From Macrostomum lignano (lineage: Eukaryota): a stretch of 64,000 nucleotides of DNA. This document shows positions 34,490 to 47,200 of the stretch, one piece after another (positions within the stretch are counted from its first letter, which is position 1; the number at the start of each line of letters is the position of its first letter). The notes under the pieces are model-generated. The model had not been told where the DNA came from. It searched no databases and saw only the letters and a list, made by a program, of their open reading frames with translations. The position numbers and the translations under genes were made by a program. The stretch lies in assembly GCA_002269645.1 (NCBI GenBank), contig NIVC01002622.1:91491-155490 (forward strand). The letters are read 5' to 3'.

Positions 34490-35874
34490 TCAACTATCAG
34501 ACGATCTCCAAGCCACTCGTCGAAAACCGGCGCAGCATCCGGCTGAAGCAGCCTCATCTTCGTCTACCTGCTGCTGCTGAGCACTGATGGAGCGGGTCAG
34601 CTGCACAGTGTTAGCCGGCCTCACGGGTGTCCGTCCCGATCGGCCATCAACCAGGAGCCGATGGCTGTAGGTCTTGTAGATGGCACGAATCAGCTGATTG
34701 AAAGCGGCTTCAACATGGGTGGTGTCCAGTGCGCTGGTCTCCAAGTAGGACAGGCCATTGTCGCTAGCAAAATTTGTTGCTTCAGTTGTTGTCACCTGGC
34801 GAGCGAATTCCTGGTCGACCTTGTTGCCAACCAGAATCACTATGGACTCTTCGCTGCTGTTTTGGCGAAGTTCGTCGAGCCAGTAGTTCAGGCTGTCAAA
34901 GGAGGCCCGGCTGGAGATTGAGAACACCAGGAGGGCACCCAGGCTGTCGCGGTAGAATGCCTTCGTCACCGCCCGGAACCGATCTTGGCCTGGGGGGGGG
35001 GGCGAGGTTAATTTCTGATCTTCTGATCTTTTGTGATTGACCTACGGATTGTTTGGTGGCAGTGGCGGATTCAGGATTTTTAAATTGGGGGGACGGATTG
35101 GCCCAAAATAAGCCCAAAACAAAAAAACTCCCCTCTTATATGCAAGTCCAGCCCCGGCAAAAAAAAGAGGGGGGCGGCTGCCTCCTCCCCTGGATCTGCC
35201 ACTGTTTGGTGGGAAGGATGGGAGAAGGGAGAGAGAGAAGGGGAGAGGGGGGAGGGAGAGAGAAGGGAAGAGAGGGAAGGGAGAGAGGGAAGGGAGAGAA
35301 GGAAGGGGAGAGAGGGAAGAGAGAGGGAAGGGAAAGAGAGAAAAGGGAGAGAGAGGAAAGGGAGAGGAAAGGGAGAGAGGGAAGGGAGAGAGAGGAAAGG
35401 GAGAGGGAAGGGAGAGAGGGAAGGGAGAGAGAGGAAAGGGAGAGGGAAGGGAGAGAGGGAAGGGAGAGAGAGGAAAGGGAGAGGGAAGGGAGAGAGGGAA
35501 GGGAGAAAGAGGAAAGGGAGAGGGAAGGGAGAGACGGAAGGGAGAAGAGGAAGGAAAGGAAGAAAGTGCGATATAGGAGCAGAGGGCTTTAGGTTAGCCA
35601 GAAATGACTGTCAATACGTAAAAAAAACAATTCGAATTCAAAAAGGCGCTTCACAAAGACAGGAAAAGTACAGTGCAGACTCACCTGCAGTGTCCCAGAT
35701 CTGACAGCGCACAGTGCGGCCATCCACAGACACAATCTTATTCGAGAACTCGACTCCTATAGTAGTCTGGCTTTCTATTCGGAATTCATTCTTAGTAAAC
35801 CTGCTGATTAGATTCGTTTTACCTACGCCACTGCTGCCGATTACAATAATCTTAAATAGGCAATCGTATTCCAT
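34490..35874 (-). CDS. Rab11-like small GTPase, divergent (229 aa); exons 35874-35685 and 34989-34490
   Basis: [31 protein letters not shown]; phase-1 intron GTGAGT..CCCCAG. Confidence 0.93.
35060..35204. mobile_element. hAT-like MITE (145 bp) in the Rab intron
   Basis: TIRs CAGTGGCGGATTCAGG / CCTGGATCTGCCACTG; perfect 8-bp TSD TTTGGTGG. Confidence 0.88.
35215..35560. repeat. Pure purine (GA-rich) tract in the Rab intron
   Basis: GGGAGAGAGGAAAGGGAGAGGGAA-type units. Confidence 0.93.
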
Positions 35875-36544
35875 AGTATAGTGTTTTCTGCTATAAAGCT
35901 GTCGCTCTTGTTCTTTCTACGTCTCTCTTTTTGAGTCTTGGGACTCAATTTATAAAATTAAAGTAGATGAAGAAAAAATATAATAGAAATGGAATGAAGG
36001 CCCGTACACAGACTGCGCACTGCGGTCAGTGCGTTCAATGATAATTTTGCGGCGAAATAGAGGTTTGGCCAGCCATTGGCTGGGAAGGCCAGTTCTATTT
36101 TTAGAAACTGAATTGTACAGTTGTAGAGTTGATGAGCCAGGCTTATGTACATTTCTGGCTTTGCTGGGTGGGGTTGTGGTCTCACCGAGCGTGGATATTA
36201 GGGGGCTTTAGTCATGCCGGCGCAATTAGTTTAGGTCGCGGGACACGCAGGCGGTGGCTTCTCGCTCGATTATGCTTCTTCAGCACACGGAAAAAATTCG
36301 CCGGAGAGGCTGAGATGACTCAACTCCCTGAGACCTTTGCATTGGCTTTACCGTAATTTTAGTTGTGTGTAACTGATACAATTGCTTATTTTGCAGATTA
36401 TGCAAATTATTTGTGCCATGGCGCGCTGGTTAATACTGCTTTCATTGTGTTTGACGCAAGGCTGTCTGGGTTTTGGAGTGCAATTCTTTATTGTGTCTCT
36501 GGAGTGGGTGCCAGAGTCACTAGCTAGGGGTTTCCGGGGTATTT

Positions 36545-37260
36545 AGAGAGGTGACAGGGTATTTAGAGAGATGACAGGTATTTAAAGAATGGCGACGGGG
36601 TATTTAGAGAAACGACAGAGTATTTAGAGTGGAGACAGGGTATTTATAAAGATGACAGGGTATATTTAGAGAGTGGTGAACAGGGTACTTAGAGAGGTGA
36701 CAGGATATTTCAGAGTGGTGACAGAGTATTCAGAGATGACAGGGTATTTAGAGAGATGACAGGGTATTTAGAGAGATGACAGGGTATTTAGAGAGATGAC
36801 AGGGTATTTTAGAGAGATGGCAGGTATTTAGAGAGATGACAGGGTATTTAGAGAGATGACAGGGTATTTAGAGAGATGACAGGGTATTTTAGAGAGATGG
36901 AAGGTATTTAGAGAGATGACAGGGTATTTAGAGAGATGACAGGGTATTTAGAGAGATGGCAGGGTATTTTAGAGAGATGACAGGGTATTTTAGAGAGATG
37001 ACAGGGTATTTAGAGAGATGACAGGGTATTTAGAGAGATGACAGGGTATTTAGAGAGATGACAGGGTATTTAGAGAGATGACAGGGTATTTAGAGAGATG
37101 ACAGGGTATTTAGAGAGATGACAGGGTATTTAGAGAGATGACAGGGTATTTAGAGAGATGACAGGGTATTTAGAGAGATGACAGGGTATTTAGAGAGATG
37201 ACAGGGTATTTTAGAGAGATGGCAGGTATTTAGAGAGATGACAGGGTATTTAAAGAATGG
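36545..37260. repeat. 20-bp minisatellite ACAGGGTATTTAGAGAGATG
   Basis: Tandem units. Confidence 0.96.
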
Positions 37261-37874
37261 TGACAGAGTATTTAGCGAGCTCACGAATGCATACATTTGA
37301 TTTAGAAATGAAATATATCTATACTCAGTTCTTTGCGCCATGCACTTCGCTTATAGAATAATTTCTTGTTTATTGATTTATTGATCGAATCAACGAAAAA
37401 CTTCGTTTGACATTTGATTGTATTTATTTAGTCGATGTATTTTACTCATTTTCCAGATTAAAAGCAAAAAAAGAGTCTGAAAAAAACAACTTTATTAAGA
37501 TGGAATGCCTATTTTTATAGACCGAATCCAAATTGGAATGCTTATAGAGTACTGACTGACAGTAGCAAGGGAGCGCATTAGGCATCTTTTTTAATGATTA
37601 ATAAATTCAGGATAAAAATTGCACAGAGGATCAACATGATGTACAAATAATGTCCAAAACAAATAAATAGCATTTGACTTTGGAGGAAGCATTGAACCTT
37701 CGAATTCAGCTGTGCACAACAGAGGGGCGGAAGTGCATGTACAAGCGTGGAATGTTTTTTATTAAACAAGAAGGTAAAGAAGAGGTCGCTATTTTTCTGC
37801 ATAAATCGAATTCTTTTTCAGGCGCTAACTGGTAACTATTAATGGCAAAATGTTATAACCATAAATCGCATCAG

Positions 37875-38655
37875 TGATAGCTATTTATGACGCCAACTGA
37901 TAACTATTTATGGCGCCAACTGATAACTATTTATGGCGCCAACTGATAACTATTTATGGCGCCAACTGATAACTATTTATGGCGTCAACTGATAACTATT
38001 TATGGCGCCAACTGATAACTATTTATGGCGCCAACTGATAACTATTTATGGCGCTACTGATAACTATTTATGGCGCCAACTGATAACTATTTATGGCGCT
38101 ACTGATAACTATTTATGGCGCCAACTGATAACTATTTATGACGCCAACTGATAACTATTTATGGCGTCAACTGATAACTATTTATGGCGCCAACTGATAA
38201 CTATTTATGGCGCCAACTGATAACTATTTATGGCGCCAACTGATAACTATTTATGGCGCCAACTGATAACTATTTATGGCGTCAACTGATAACTATTTAT
38301 GGCGCTACTGATAACTATTTATGGCGCCAACTGATAACTATTTATGGCGCTACTGATAACTATTTATGGCGCCAACTGATAACTATTTATGACGCCAACT
38401 GATAACTATTTATGGCGCTACTGATAACTATTTATGGCGTCAACTGATAACTATTTATGACGCCAACTGATAACTATTTATGGCGCCACTGATAACTATT
38501 TATGGCGCCACTGATAACTATTTATGGCGCCAACTGATAACTATTTATGGCGCCACTGATAACTATTTATGGCGCCAACTGATAACTATTTATGGCGCCA
38601 CTGATAACTATTTATGGCGCCAACTGATAACTATTTATGACGTCAACTGATAACG
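37875..38655. repeat. 23-bp minisatellite GCCAACTGATAACTATTTATGGC
   Basis: Tandem units with 22-bp variants. Confidence 0.96.
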
Positions 38656-38817
38656 GCGCCAATATTTTGAATTTTTATAGTCAATATCTTCAAATTTAAC
38701 AATATAATTTTTTTCAGATACTAAAATTTACAAAAATGAAATCGGCTGTGTAAAAAACTGCAAGGATTTTAATGCAAAAACTCAAAATATCACTACAATG
38801 AGCGTGAGTCACGCCAA

Positions 38818-39408
38818 TCAGAGCTCAGTCTCTTTACTCTGCCTATAGGCATCCTGCAAAGTGCGCGGGTTCTGTCTAGGATAAGCACATCGAGTATTGG
38901 ACTGAGACAGCAGTCCATTGTAAATCGGGTCTGTGACTAGAAATTCATGTTTGCCATTGCTTAGTGTACTGACATTGGGCACGCCTAAAAATGGTTGGCA
39001 ATGCTGAACGTCGAGGTCGCTATAGAAACCATTGTTATCATAGCAACGGTTGCCAAGATAGATCCGACAGTCGGTCGACGGTTGCTGTTTAGGTAGCAAA
39101 TCATTTTTGGTTTTTATTTTCTTAGAATCAGTTAGTTCCGGCTTTTTTCGCTGCATCGACAATCGGGTTAGTAGCTGGCCGATTGGGAAATTTCCGGGAT
39201 GTTCTTCAAACTTGGTTGGATTTTTTTCGCGAACGGGCAGAATTACTCGGTTGAGTTCGTCCGGACTGGCTGGTTTGTATCGCTTTCGGCCGGCGAAGCG
39301 CATGCACACACAGCAGACTGCCAGGCTGGAGGTAAACACCAGCACCAAAGCGATGGCAGTCAGGCATGAAGTTGCAGCGATGGAATACATCAATGCAAAG
39401 GCTTTGTG
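38818..39408 (-). CDS. Single-pass membrane protein (last exon or whole gene): TM helix, juxtamembrane Cys, cytoplasmic tail
   Basis: In-frame acceptor CCTGCTAG|CAC AAA; CLTAIALVLVFTSSLAVCCVCM then RFAGRKRYK; about 190 codons in AT-rich surroundings. Confidence 0.55.
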   Translation of the reverse strand, partial: HKAFALMYSIAATSCLTAIALVLVFTSSLAVCCVCMRFAGRKRYKPASPDELNRVILPVREKNPTKFEEHPGNFPIGQLLTRLSMQRKKPELTDSKKIKTKNDLLPKQQPSTDCRIYLGNRCYDNNGFYSDLDVQHCQPFLGVPNVSTLSNGKHEFLVTDPIYNGLLSQSNTRCAYPRQNPRTLQDAYRQSKETEL

Positions 39409-41220
39409 CTAGCAGGAAATGTTTAAGAGATGGTCAGTACTATCTTTAAATGTAAAATTCTGCGATTTTTGCCATTCAAATTTTATATAGTTCAAGTACC
39501 TTGAGTATTTTGTATTTTTAATGAAAAGTTTTACTACACATAAAAGCTCCGAAAAAAATCCATAAAGAGTAAATAATAATATTAAGAACAAGTAAACAAG
39601 AATGGAGTATTTTTTTAGTCTTGGAGAGTCAAGACTTGCTATTGCTAAACAGGTTTTTCAGAAAGTCATTGTATAAACATAAATAAAAGTTTAAGCAGAA
39701 TATTTTCATTTCTATGTTTAGGATGGAATGCATATCAGTTGAGCTAAGATATATTCCAGTGATGGATTGAGTAAATTTAAAAAAATGACTTAACTTCTTT
39801 TACTTGACAAAATGCTGTTCAAAATATTTTCAGACTATAAAATAGTATTTGTATCATTTATAAACTTATAGAAAACTTAACATTATGACAAAATACTAAG
39901 TTTTATGCTGACCATAGACTTAAAAATATAACCTGTAAAAATCTAAATAGCTCCCATATTTTAAAGTAAATAAAACATGACTAAATCAGAATTAATGGTT
40001 AAAAACGAAATAATAGATAATGCTGCTTAGGTAAGAAACGTGGATTACATGTTAATCATCAACTAAACGAGAGATGAAAACTATAGCCCTGAAGCTACGC
40101 AAATTGTGTCGTCCTTTTGTGTGTTTTACAGTGTGATTCAGATTTATTATCGGAAGTCAAAGCGATGAATAATACAAATGCGAAAACTGTGTGGGTATTT
40201 TACGAATAGATAATTGTTTTATACAACATTTAAAGCAAAATAAAAATGATAACAACAATGTTATTTTATTTTTCAGCAGTGTCTAGCGCAACATTTTTAT
40301 AATTTGTTTAAACGGAATGTCGGCATAAAATATGGCGGGTCACAGAAAAATATATTTATAAATATAAATTAAATAGAACTCACGTGAAATTTATTTATGA
40401 TAAGATGTGTTTTTAGTTGTGAAGCGCTATCTAAAGGTTCGGATTAAATTTCAGGGTAGCTATACGTACTAGCTCTACTAGTATAGTTACTGATTCCCAT
40501 CCGCATCTTTATACACAGCCGTCAATCCCGTCGTAGACAGCTGCGGCTTTGGAATAGAACTTAGAAATGACTAGAAGCTACCTCGGAATAGAACCTTGAA
40601 TTATTAAAATAACGCATCTTAATTAAAAGTCTGTAATGTACAGCATGCATTTTAGTATGCCAAGTGTTCTTCGCGTTAAAGAGAGCTCTATGAATAATGT
40701 TTGGTATGCAGTAGGATTAATACAATGTACTCGCGATAGTAAATTTTACTTGCATGGTCGACATGCAAATGTGTTGTACTGCATACATGCATAATCAGCG
40801 GATTTTTAATTCAATTAATAATTTTATTATAGACTTTTTTTAATCTGACACTAATCACTATACTGCCACTTTTTCCGAATTCCAAAACTTGAAAAAGATA
40901 ATTTGAAAAAAATATTGGGCAAAGTCTCATTTCCTTACAATAAATAAAACTTGAAATTTAAATTGACTTCCTTGTAGAATAATTATTCGTCTATTTGGAT
41001 TGATTGATTGCTGTGCATAACAATAATAAGTTCTGACAATTTAGAAACTTAAATAGAAAAATCAACTCAATAATTTTGAATGCAACAGTAATCAATTGGC
41101 AAAATTACGAGTATAAAGAATTCGATTTGTATCAAGGACAAGGACAATAGTAGTTAAAGTTAGTCATTCGAATTCGCTGGAATGATTAAAACAAAATTAA
41201 TTTTGTAAGTTTTCCACTGC

Positions 41221-44200
41221 TCACAGCTTCGACCTTGACAGCCAGTCGAATTCCTGAAATTGATGGACAGAATTTAGTTAGGGCATGCATGAGGTGCCAA
41301 GCAGTCGCTCTTGGCCAAGCGGACGAACACGTACGAAAGCACTGCCGCTCACGCAGGGTGTTACAGCGGCCATGGCCTTCTCATAGCATGACAAGCTACA
41401 TTGAGTACTTAGCTGCTCAGCTGCAGGAATTGTGAGACAAAACTGCAAAATGACTCAACATTCAGCAGATTGTTTGCGACACAAGTTAAGCAGAGCTGGC
41501 CGTGGTTAGTACAAAGGCGGCCATAGCAGTTTCTCACAATCCAACTGTCAGGAGGGGGCAGTTGACCCCCATCTAACTGCTAGGAGAAGGGCAGTTTCCC
41601 CCATCTAACTGCCAGGAGAAGGGCGGTTTCCCCCATCTAACTGCCAAGAGGGGGGCATTTGCCCCCATCTAACCGTCACGGGGGGCAGTTTCCCCCATCC
41701 AGCTGTCAGGAGGGGGCAGTTGACCCTCATCTAACAGCCAGGAGGGGGCAGTTTCCCCCCATCTATCTACCAGAAGGGGGGCAGTTGCCCCCATCTATCT
41801 ACCCGGAGGGGGGCAATTGCCCCCATTTATCTGCCAGGACCCCATCCAACTGTCGGGGGGGGGCAGTTGTCCCCATCCACCTGTCGGGGGCAGTTGTCCC
41901 CATCCAACTGTCGGGGGGGGCAGTTGTCCCCATCCAACTGTCGGGGGCAGTTGTCCCCATCCAACTGTCGGGGGCAGTTGTCCCCATCCAACTGTCGGGG
42001 GCAGTTGTCCCCATCCAACTGTGGGGGGCACTTGTCCCCATCCAACTGTGGGGGGCACTTGTCCCCATCCACCTGTCGGGGGCAGTTGTCCCCATCCACC
42101 TGTCAGGGGCAGTTGTCCCTTCTATGCGGTGCCATCACCTGCTGCTTGCGCTCCGCCCCAGTATCGATGATGGCGTTGATGAGGCAGGGCCGGTCGCGAA
42201 CCCCGGCGAACTCCGCAAACGCCTGGCGCAGTTCGCCAACGCTGCGCACCAATCGGCCGTAGCCGCCCAACGCTTCGGCAGCCAAATCGTAGCGACACTC
42301 CGAGGTTAGCGACGTCGCCGGCAGACGAAGGGCAGCCGACGCCGACAAAGCACCGGATGAAGGCGCGGCGCCGTCCTGCTGGAGCAGCTGGCGAAGGACA
42401 TCAGCCGGCACGCCGGAATAAATTCCCGAATTGTTTATGACAACCAGCAGCACGGGCATGCGATAGCGGGCCAGGGTTTCCAGCTCTGCTAGGGAGAACC
42501 CGACAGCTGAGTCGCCTTCCAGGCACAGAACTCGACGATGACCAACTCGAGAGTCGCCGATGCACAGGTCGGCGGCGGCGGCGAAGCCGAGACCGACGCC
42601 CATCGTACCGAAGGTGCCGGCGTCCTTGAAAAGCGAGGAATGGAGTTTTGACCAAGATAAGGATTTTTGGGTGCCAGAGTTCAAATGGGGATTTTTGGGT
42701 GCCAGAGTTCAAATGGGGATTTTTGGGTGCCAGAGTTCAAATGGGGATTTTTGGGTGCCAGAGTTCAAATGGGGATTTTTGGGTGCTAAAGTTAAAATGG
42801 GGATTTTTTGGTGCTAAAGTTAAAATGGGGATTTTTTGGTGCTAGAGTTCTCGGGTTTGCTAACTCCCAAATGGGGATTTTCAGGAGTGCTAGATCTCAG
42901 ATGGGGATTCTTGTGTGTGCTAGATTCCAGATGGGGATTTTCGGGTTTGCTAGCTTCCAAATGGGGATTTTCAAGAGTGCTAGATCTCAATTGGGGATTT
43001 TCGGGTTTGCTAGCTTCCAAATGGGGATTTTCAAGAGTGCTAGATCTCAGATGGGGATTTTCGGGTGTGCTATTGATAGATCTCAGATGGGGATTTTCGG
43101 GTGTGCTAGATTCCAAATGAGGATTTTCAGGTGTGCTAGATTCCAGATGGGGATTTTCAGGAGTGCTAGATCTCAGGGTGGATTTTCGGATGTGCTAGAT
43201 CTCAGATGGGGATTTTCGGGTGTGCTAGATCTCAGATGGGGATTATTGTGTGTGCTAGATTCCAAATGGGGATTTTCAGGAGTGCTAGATCTCAGGGGGG
43301 ATTTTCGGGTGTGCTAGATCTCAGATGGGGATTTTTGTGTGTGCTAGATTCCAGATGGGGATTTTCGGGTATGCTAGATTTCAGATGGGGATTTTTGGGT
43401 GTGCTAGATCTCAGATGGGGATTTTCGGGTGTGCTAGATTCCAAATGGTGATTTTCGGGTGTTCTAGATTTCAGATGGGGATTTTTGGGTGTGCTAGATC
43501 TCAGATGGGGATTTTTGGGTGTGCTAGATCTCAGATGGGGATTTTCGGGTGTGCTAGATCTCAGATGGGGATTTTCGGGTGTGCTAGATCTCAGATGGGG
43601 ATTTTCGGGTGTGCTAGATTCCAAATGAGGATTTTTGTGTGTGCTAGATTCCAGATGGTGATTTTCGGGTGTGCTAGATCTCAGATGGGGATTTTCGGGT
43701 GTGCTAGATCTCAGATGGGGATTTTCGGGTGTGCTAGATCTCAGATGGGGATTTTCGGGTGTGCTAAATTCCAAATGAGGATTTTTGTGTGTGCTAGATT
43801 TCAGATGGGGATTTTCAGGTGTGCTAGATCTCAAAGGGGGATTTGTTGGTGTGCTAGATCTCAAAGGGGAGATTTTCGAGTGTGCTAGATCTCAAATGGG
43901 GATTTTTTGGGATGCTAGATTTCAAATGGCGATTTTCGGGGCGCTGGTACCAAACATGGATTTAGGGTATTTAAACAGAGTTGAGCTTTAAATTTAGAAA
44001 TATCGATAGATGACGAGAGTCGAAGCTCTTCTGATGAAAGGAAGAATGTAATCTAAGGATTGGCGAAGACAATAACTTCACATAAATTAAAACAAATAAA
44101 TCGCCTATATGTATCGATAAAACAGTTTGCGGATCTACCAAAATCAATTAATAACAAAAGATATACGCAAATAACTAACCAGGCGCCTACGCGCCAAGCG

Positions 44201-47200
44201 ATTAGGCAGCATGGCCCGCCCAATGTCCATGGTGTTGGCGCCCTCGCTAACAATCAGCCAGTCGTCGCCGCTATTGTCAACAAATTTTGCTAATTCGTTC
44301 AGCGCCGAATAATACGTCATGGGCACGGTTTGGCCCTCGACAATCAGAGCGTCGACCCGGGCTCGATTCGCGGCCGAAGCGGCGTTGAGTTCGCGCCACC
44401 AATCGCTGCTAGAAGAGAATTCGAAGCCGTGCAGCTCGGATGACAACTGGAAGATCAGATAAGTTTATTGTATTATGCAATAATTAACGCTATCTATATT
44501 TTTGCCACAGTTTTGAATGAAAAACTTTAAAAAAGTAAGATTACCTGCTCAACAACAGCTGCCACACTGCCGCACAGGGCGACTTCGCAGGTGACATTGG
44601 TGTGAAACTCTTCAGGATGGATGTCCACCTATTAGGAGAGATAAAAAAACGTTCCTTACTTTGGGAAAAAATCATTTCTCCTAAATCCAAGGTAATTTAT
44701 GAGCATTTAATTTACAAGGAATAGATTAATCCAACAAGTAGAATAGAAGAAAACGTACTGCTGAGTACGATCAAACCGGACCAATAAAAACCAAGCGTTA
44801 GAAATTGTCTTTCTTAGTACTCATTCGCAATGCAAATGCGTGCGTACAAAAATTATCAGCCTTCTTACACCCCTGAAAGTAAGTAAGTACATTGATTTAG
44901 TTTGGAATGGGGGGGTTGGGGCGGGTTCTTTATCGTCGGAGAGAGAAGAGAAACGAAGGGTTAGGGTTGATAAGGCGACGAGGCTAGAGGCAGCAGCCAG
45001 ACAGGACTATCGACCAAGTGGGGAGGCGGGTGGGGGGTGGGTCTGATGGGTAGGAAATCTAGGGGTCTGTGAACGTACACTCCAACCCCCCCCCCCCCTC
45101 AAACACTACGCCTTGTTCTCGCCCCACTCATCCACCCACCACCCAAAACCAACCTACAGTACTGACTCCGCAAGCTCCCACAAAACACACAAAGTAAAGG
45201 CAAAACTGGGCAAGATACAAATCCAGTTTGGACAAGAAGCAGTTTAACTTAGAAATAAGTTCCGCTATATTACTAATACGCAGTAATGGTGAAATGCGCT
45301 GTACTAGGCTGCGGCCTGATGGGCTGCAAGATTGCTGGCGAGCTAGCTCGTCAAGGCCATCGAGTCAAGATGACGGACAGCAATGCAGAGGTATTAAATA
45401 GCGCTTATCAGCGTATGGAAGAGGACAAACAGGAGCTGCTTCGAGAAGGCCTACTGATGCAAGGCGCCTTTCCAGGCCAGGTGCTTTGCCTGTCCCGCCT
45501 AGAAGAGACCGTCTCGGATGCCGAATTCATATTCGATGCTGTGCACGATAATTTGGATACGAAATCGGACCTATTAGAAAAGGTTAGTCACGTGTGCCAG
45601 CCGGAGGCAGTGATCAGCACCAACACTTTGCATCTGGATGTTAACGAAGTGTTTGCCAGGTGCGCCAAGAGGGAGAGATGTCTTGGCCTGCGATTCTTAT
45701 TTCCTGTCTACTATATCCCGGAGGTGAGTCGGTTGGGACGTGCTCAAGTTATGTCAGTGTCATTTCTCATAATATAATATACGTCATGCTGACAGTGTGA
45801 TGGTGTCAGATGGGTCATGCTGACAGCAGGTGACAGATGGGTAATGCTGACAGGTGTCAGATGGGTCATGCTGACAGGTGTTAGATAGATCATGCTGACA
45901 GCAGGTGTCAGATGGGTCATGCTGACAGTGTGATGGTGTCATGCTGACAGGTGTCAGATGGGTCATGTTGACAGGTGTTAGATAGATCATGCTGACAGCA
46001 GGTGTCAGATGGGTAATGCTGACAGGTGTCAGATGGGTCATGTTGACAGGTGTTAGATAGATCATGCTGACAGCAGGTGTCAGATGGGTCATGCTGACAG
46101 TGTGATGGTGTCATGCTGACAGCAGGTTTCAGATGTGTTATGCTAACAGGTGTCAGATGGTTCAGACTGAGTCAGGTGTTAAAGCTAGATGAAAAATGGG
46201 TTAACAAAAAAACAACTCAACAACAGGTTGAGATTAATCCAAGCCGAGACACCTCCTCAAGCACTACGGAAAGAGTTCGCTGCCTCCTAGAAGACATGGG
46301 CAAGACTTTGTTCTTTCGCAGCGGCGGCAATCCGCTGATTCTAACCGAGGAGCAACGCGAAGAGAGACGCAGAGTGGTGCTGGAGCAGCTGCACAGGAGC
46401 TCGGGCTTCGGCAGGGCTGAACAGGCCAACAGTGTACCAGCTCTTGGCTGGGGCGGCGGCGGTGGAGGCGGCGGCTACCATCACAGTCAACAGCTGCACC
46501 AGGTGCACCAGGTGCAGCAACAACAACTGCAACAGTTGCTTCAACAGCAGCAGTCTGAGTGCGCCATCTGCTTGGATCGGGCCAGAGACTGCCTGCTGTC
46601 GCCGTGTCACCACCTGGCACTGTGCTGCACCTGTGCTCAGCTGCTGCACTCGAGACGCGACTTTTGCCCGGTGTGCCGTCAGCCAATTCAAGACGTTATC
46701 AAGGTTTATCACACCTGACTGAAGCTGGGGTGCGCTAAAGTCTAGTCTTGTAGTTAAAATTCTGTCTCACTGTACATGTAGTAGACTGTGAAGAAGAATG
46801 GTTAAGGACAGGGGTTCGCCGGTCAATTTTAAAGTCCCGTCCATTATTTTTCTTTCTATTAATAATTCAAATTGCCGCGATATCTGCGATACTACTACAC
46901 TTAAACTATAGTTTGTATAGAAGACAGCACTAATATTTTGCTGCGATCTAAAACTGTTATGTTTTTGTTGACCCAACCATAAACATTTTTCTAATGATAT
47001 TTTTTATGTACACGTATGATAACCCTCTCATTTCTCACATGCAGAGCTGGTGGTCAGTAGCACCTGTACACAGACAGGGTTAAATATTTTATTCACTGCG
47101 ATCGATTTTTATCTTCGAAATCTATATACACACACAGGACCCGCGAAATTTGAATCGGACTATGTTCGTTATTTTTTATTATTAATCAGCTTTTAACCAG

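Noticed and set aside
35053-35592. 179-aa Glu/Arg/Gly-rich ORF
   Set aside because: MITE plus purine tract on the antisense strand of the Rab intron.
36545-38655. Regular short direct repeats resembling CRISPR arrays
   Set aside because: Head-to-tail units with no unique spacers, no cas genes, eukaryotic context.
41659-43991. Many overlapping ORFs in HACL1 introns 9-10
   Set aside because: Translations of minisatellites or the antisense of HACL1 exon 10.
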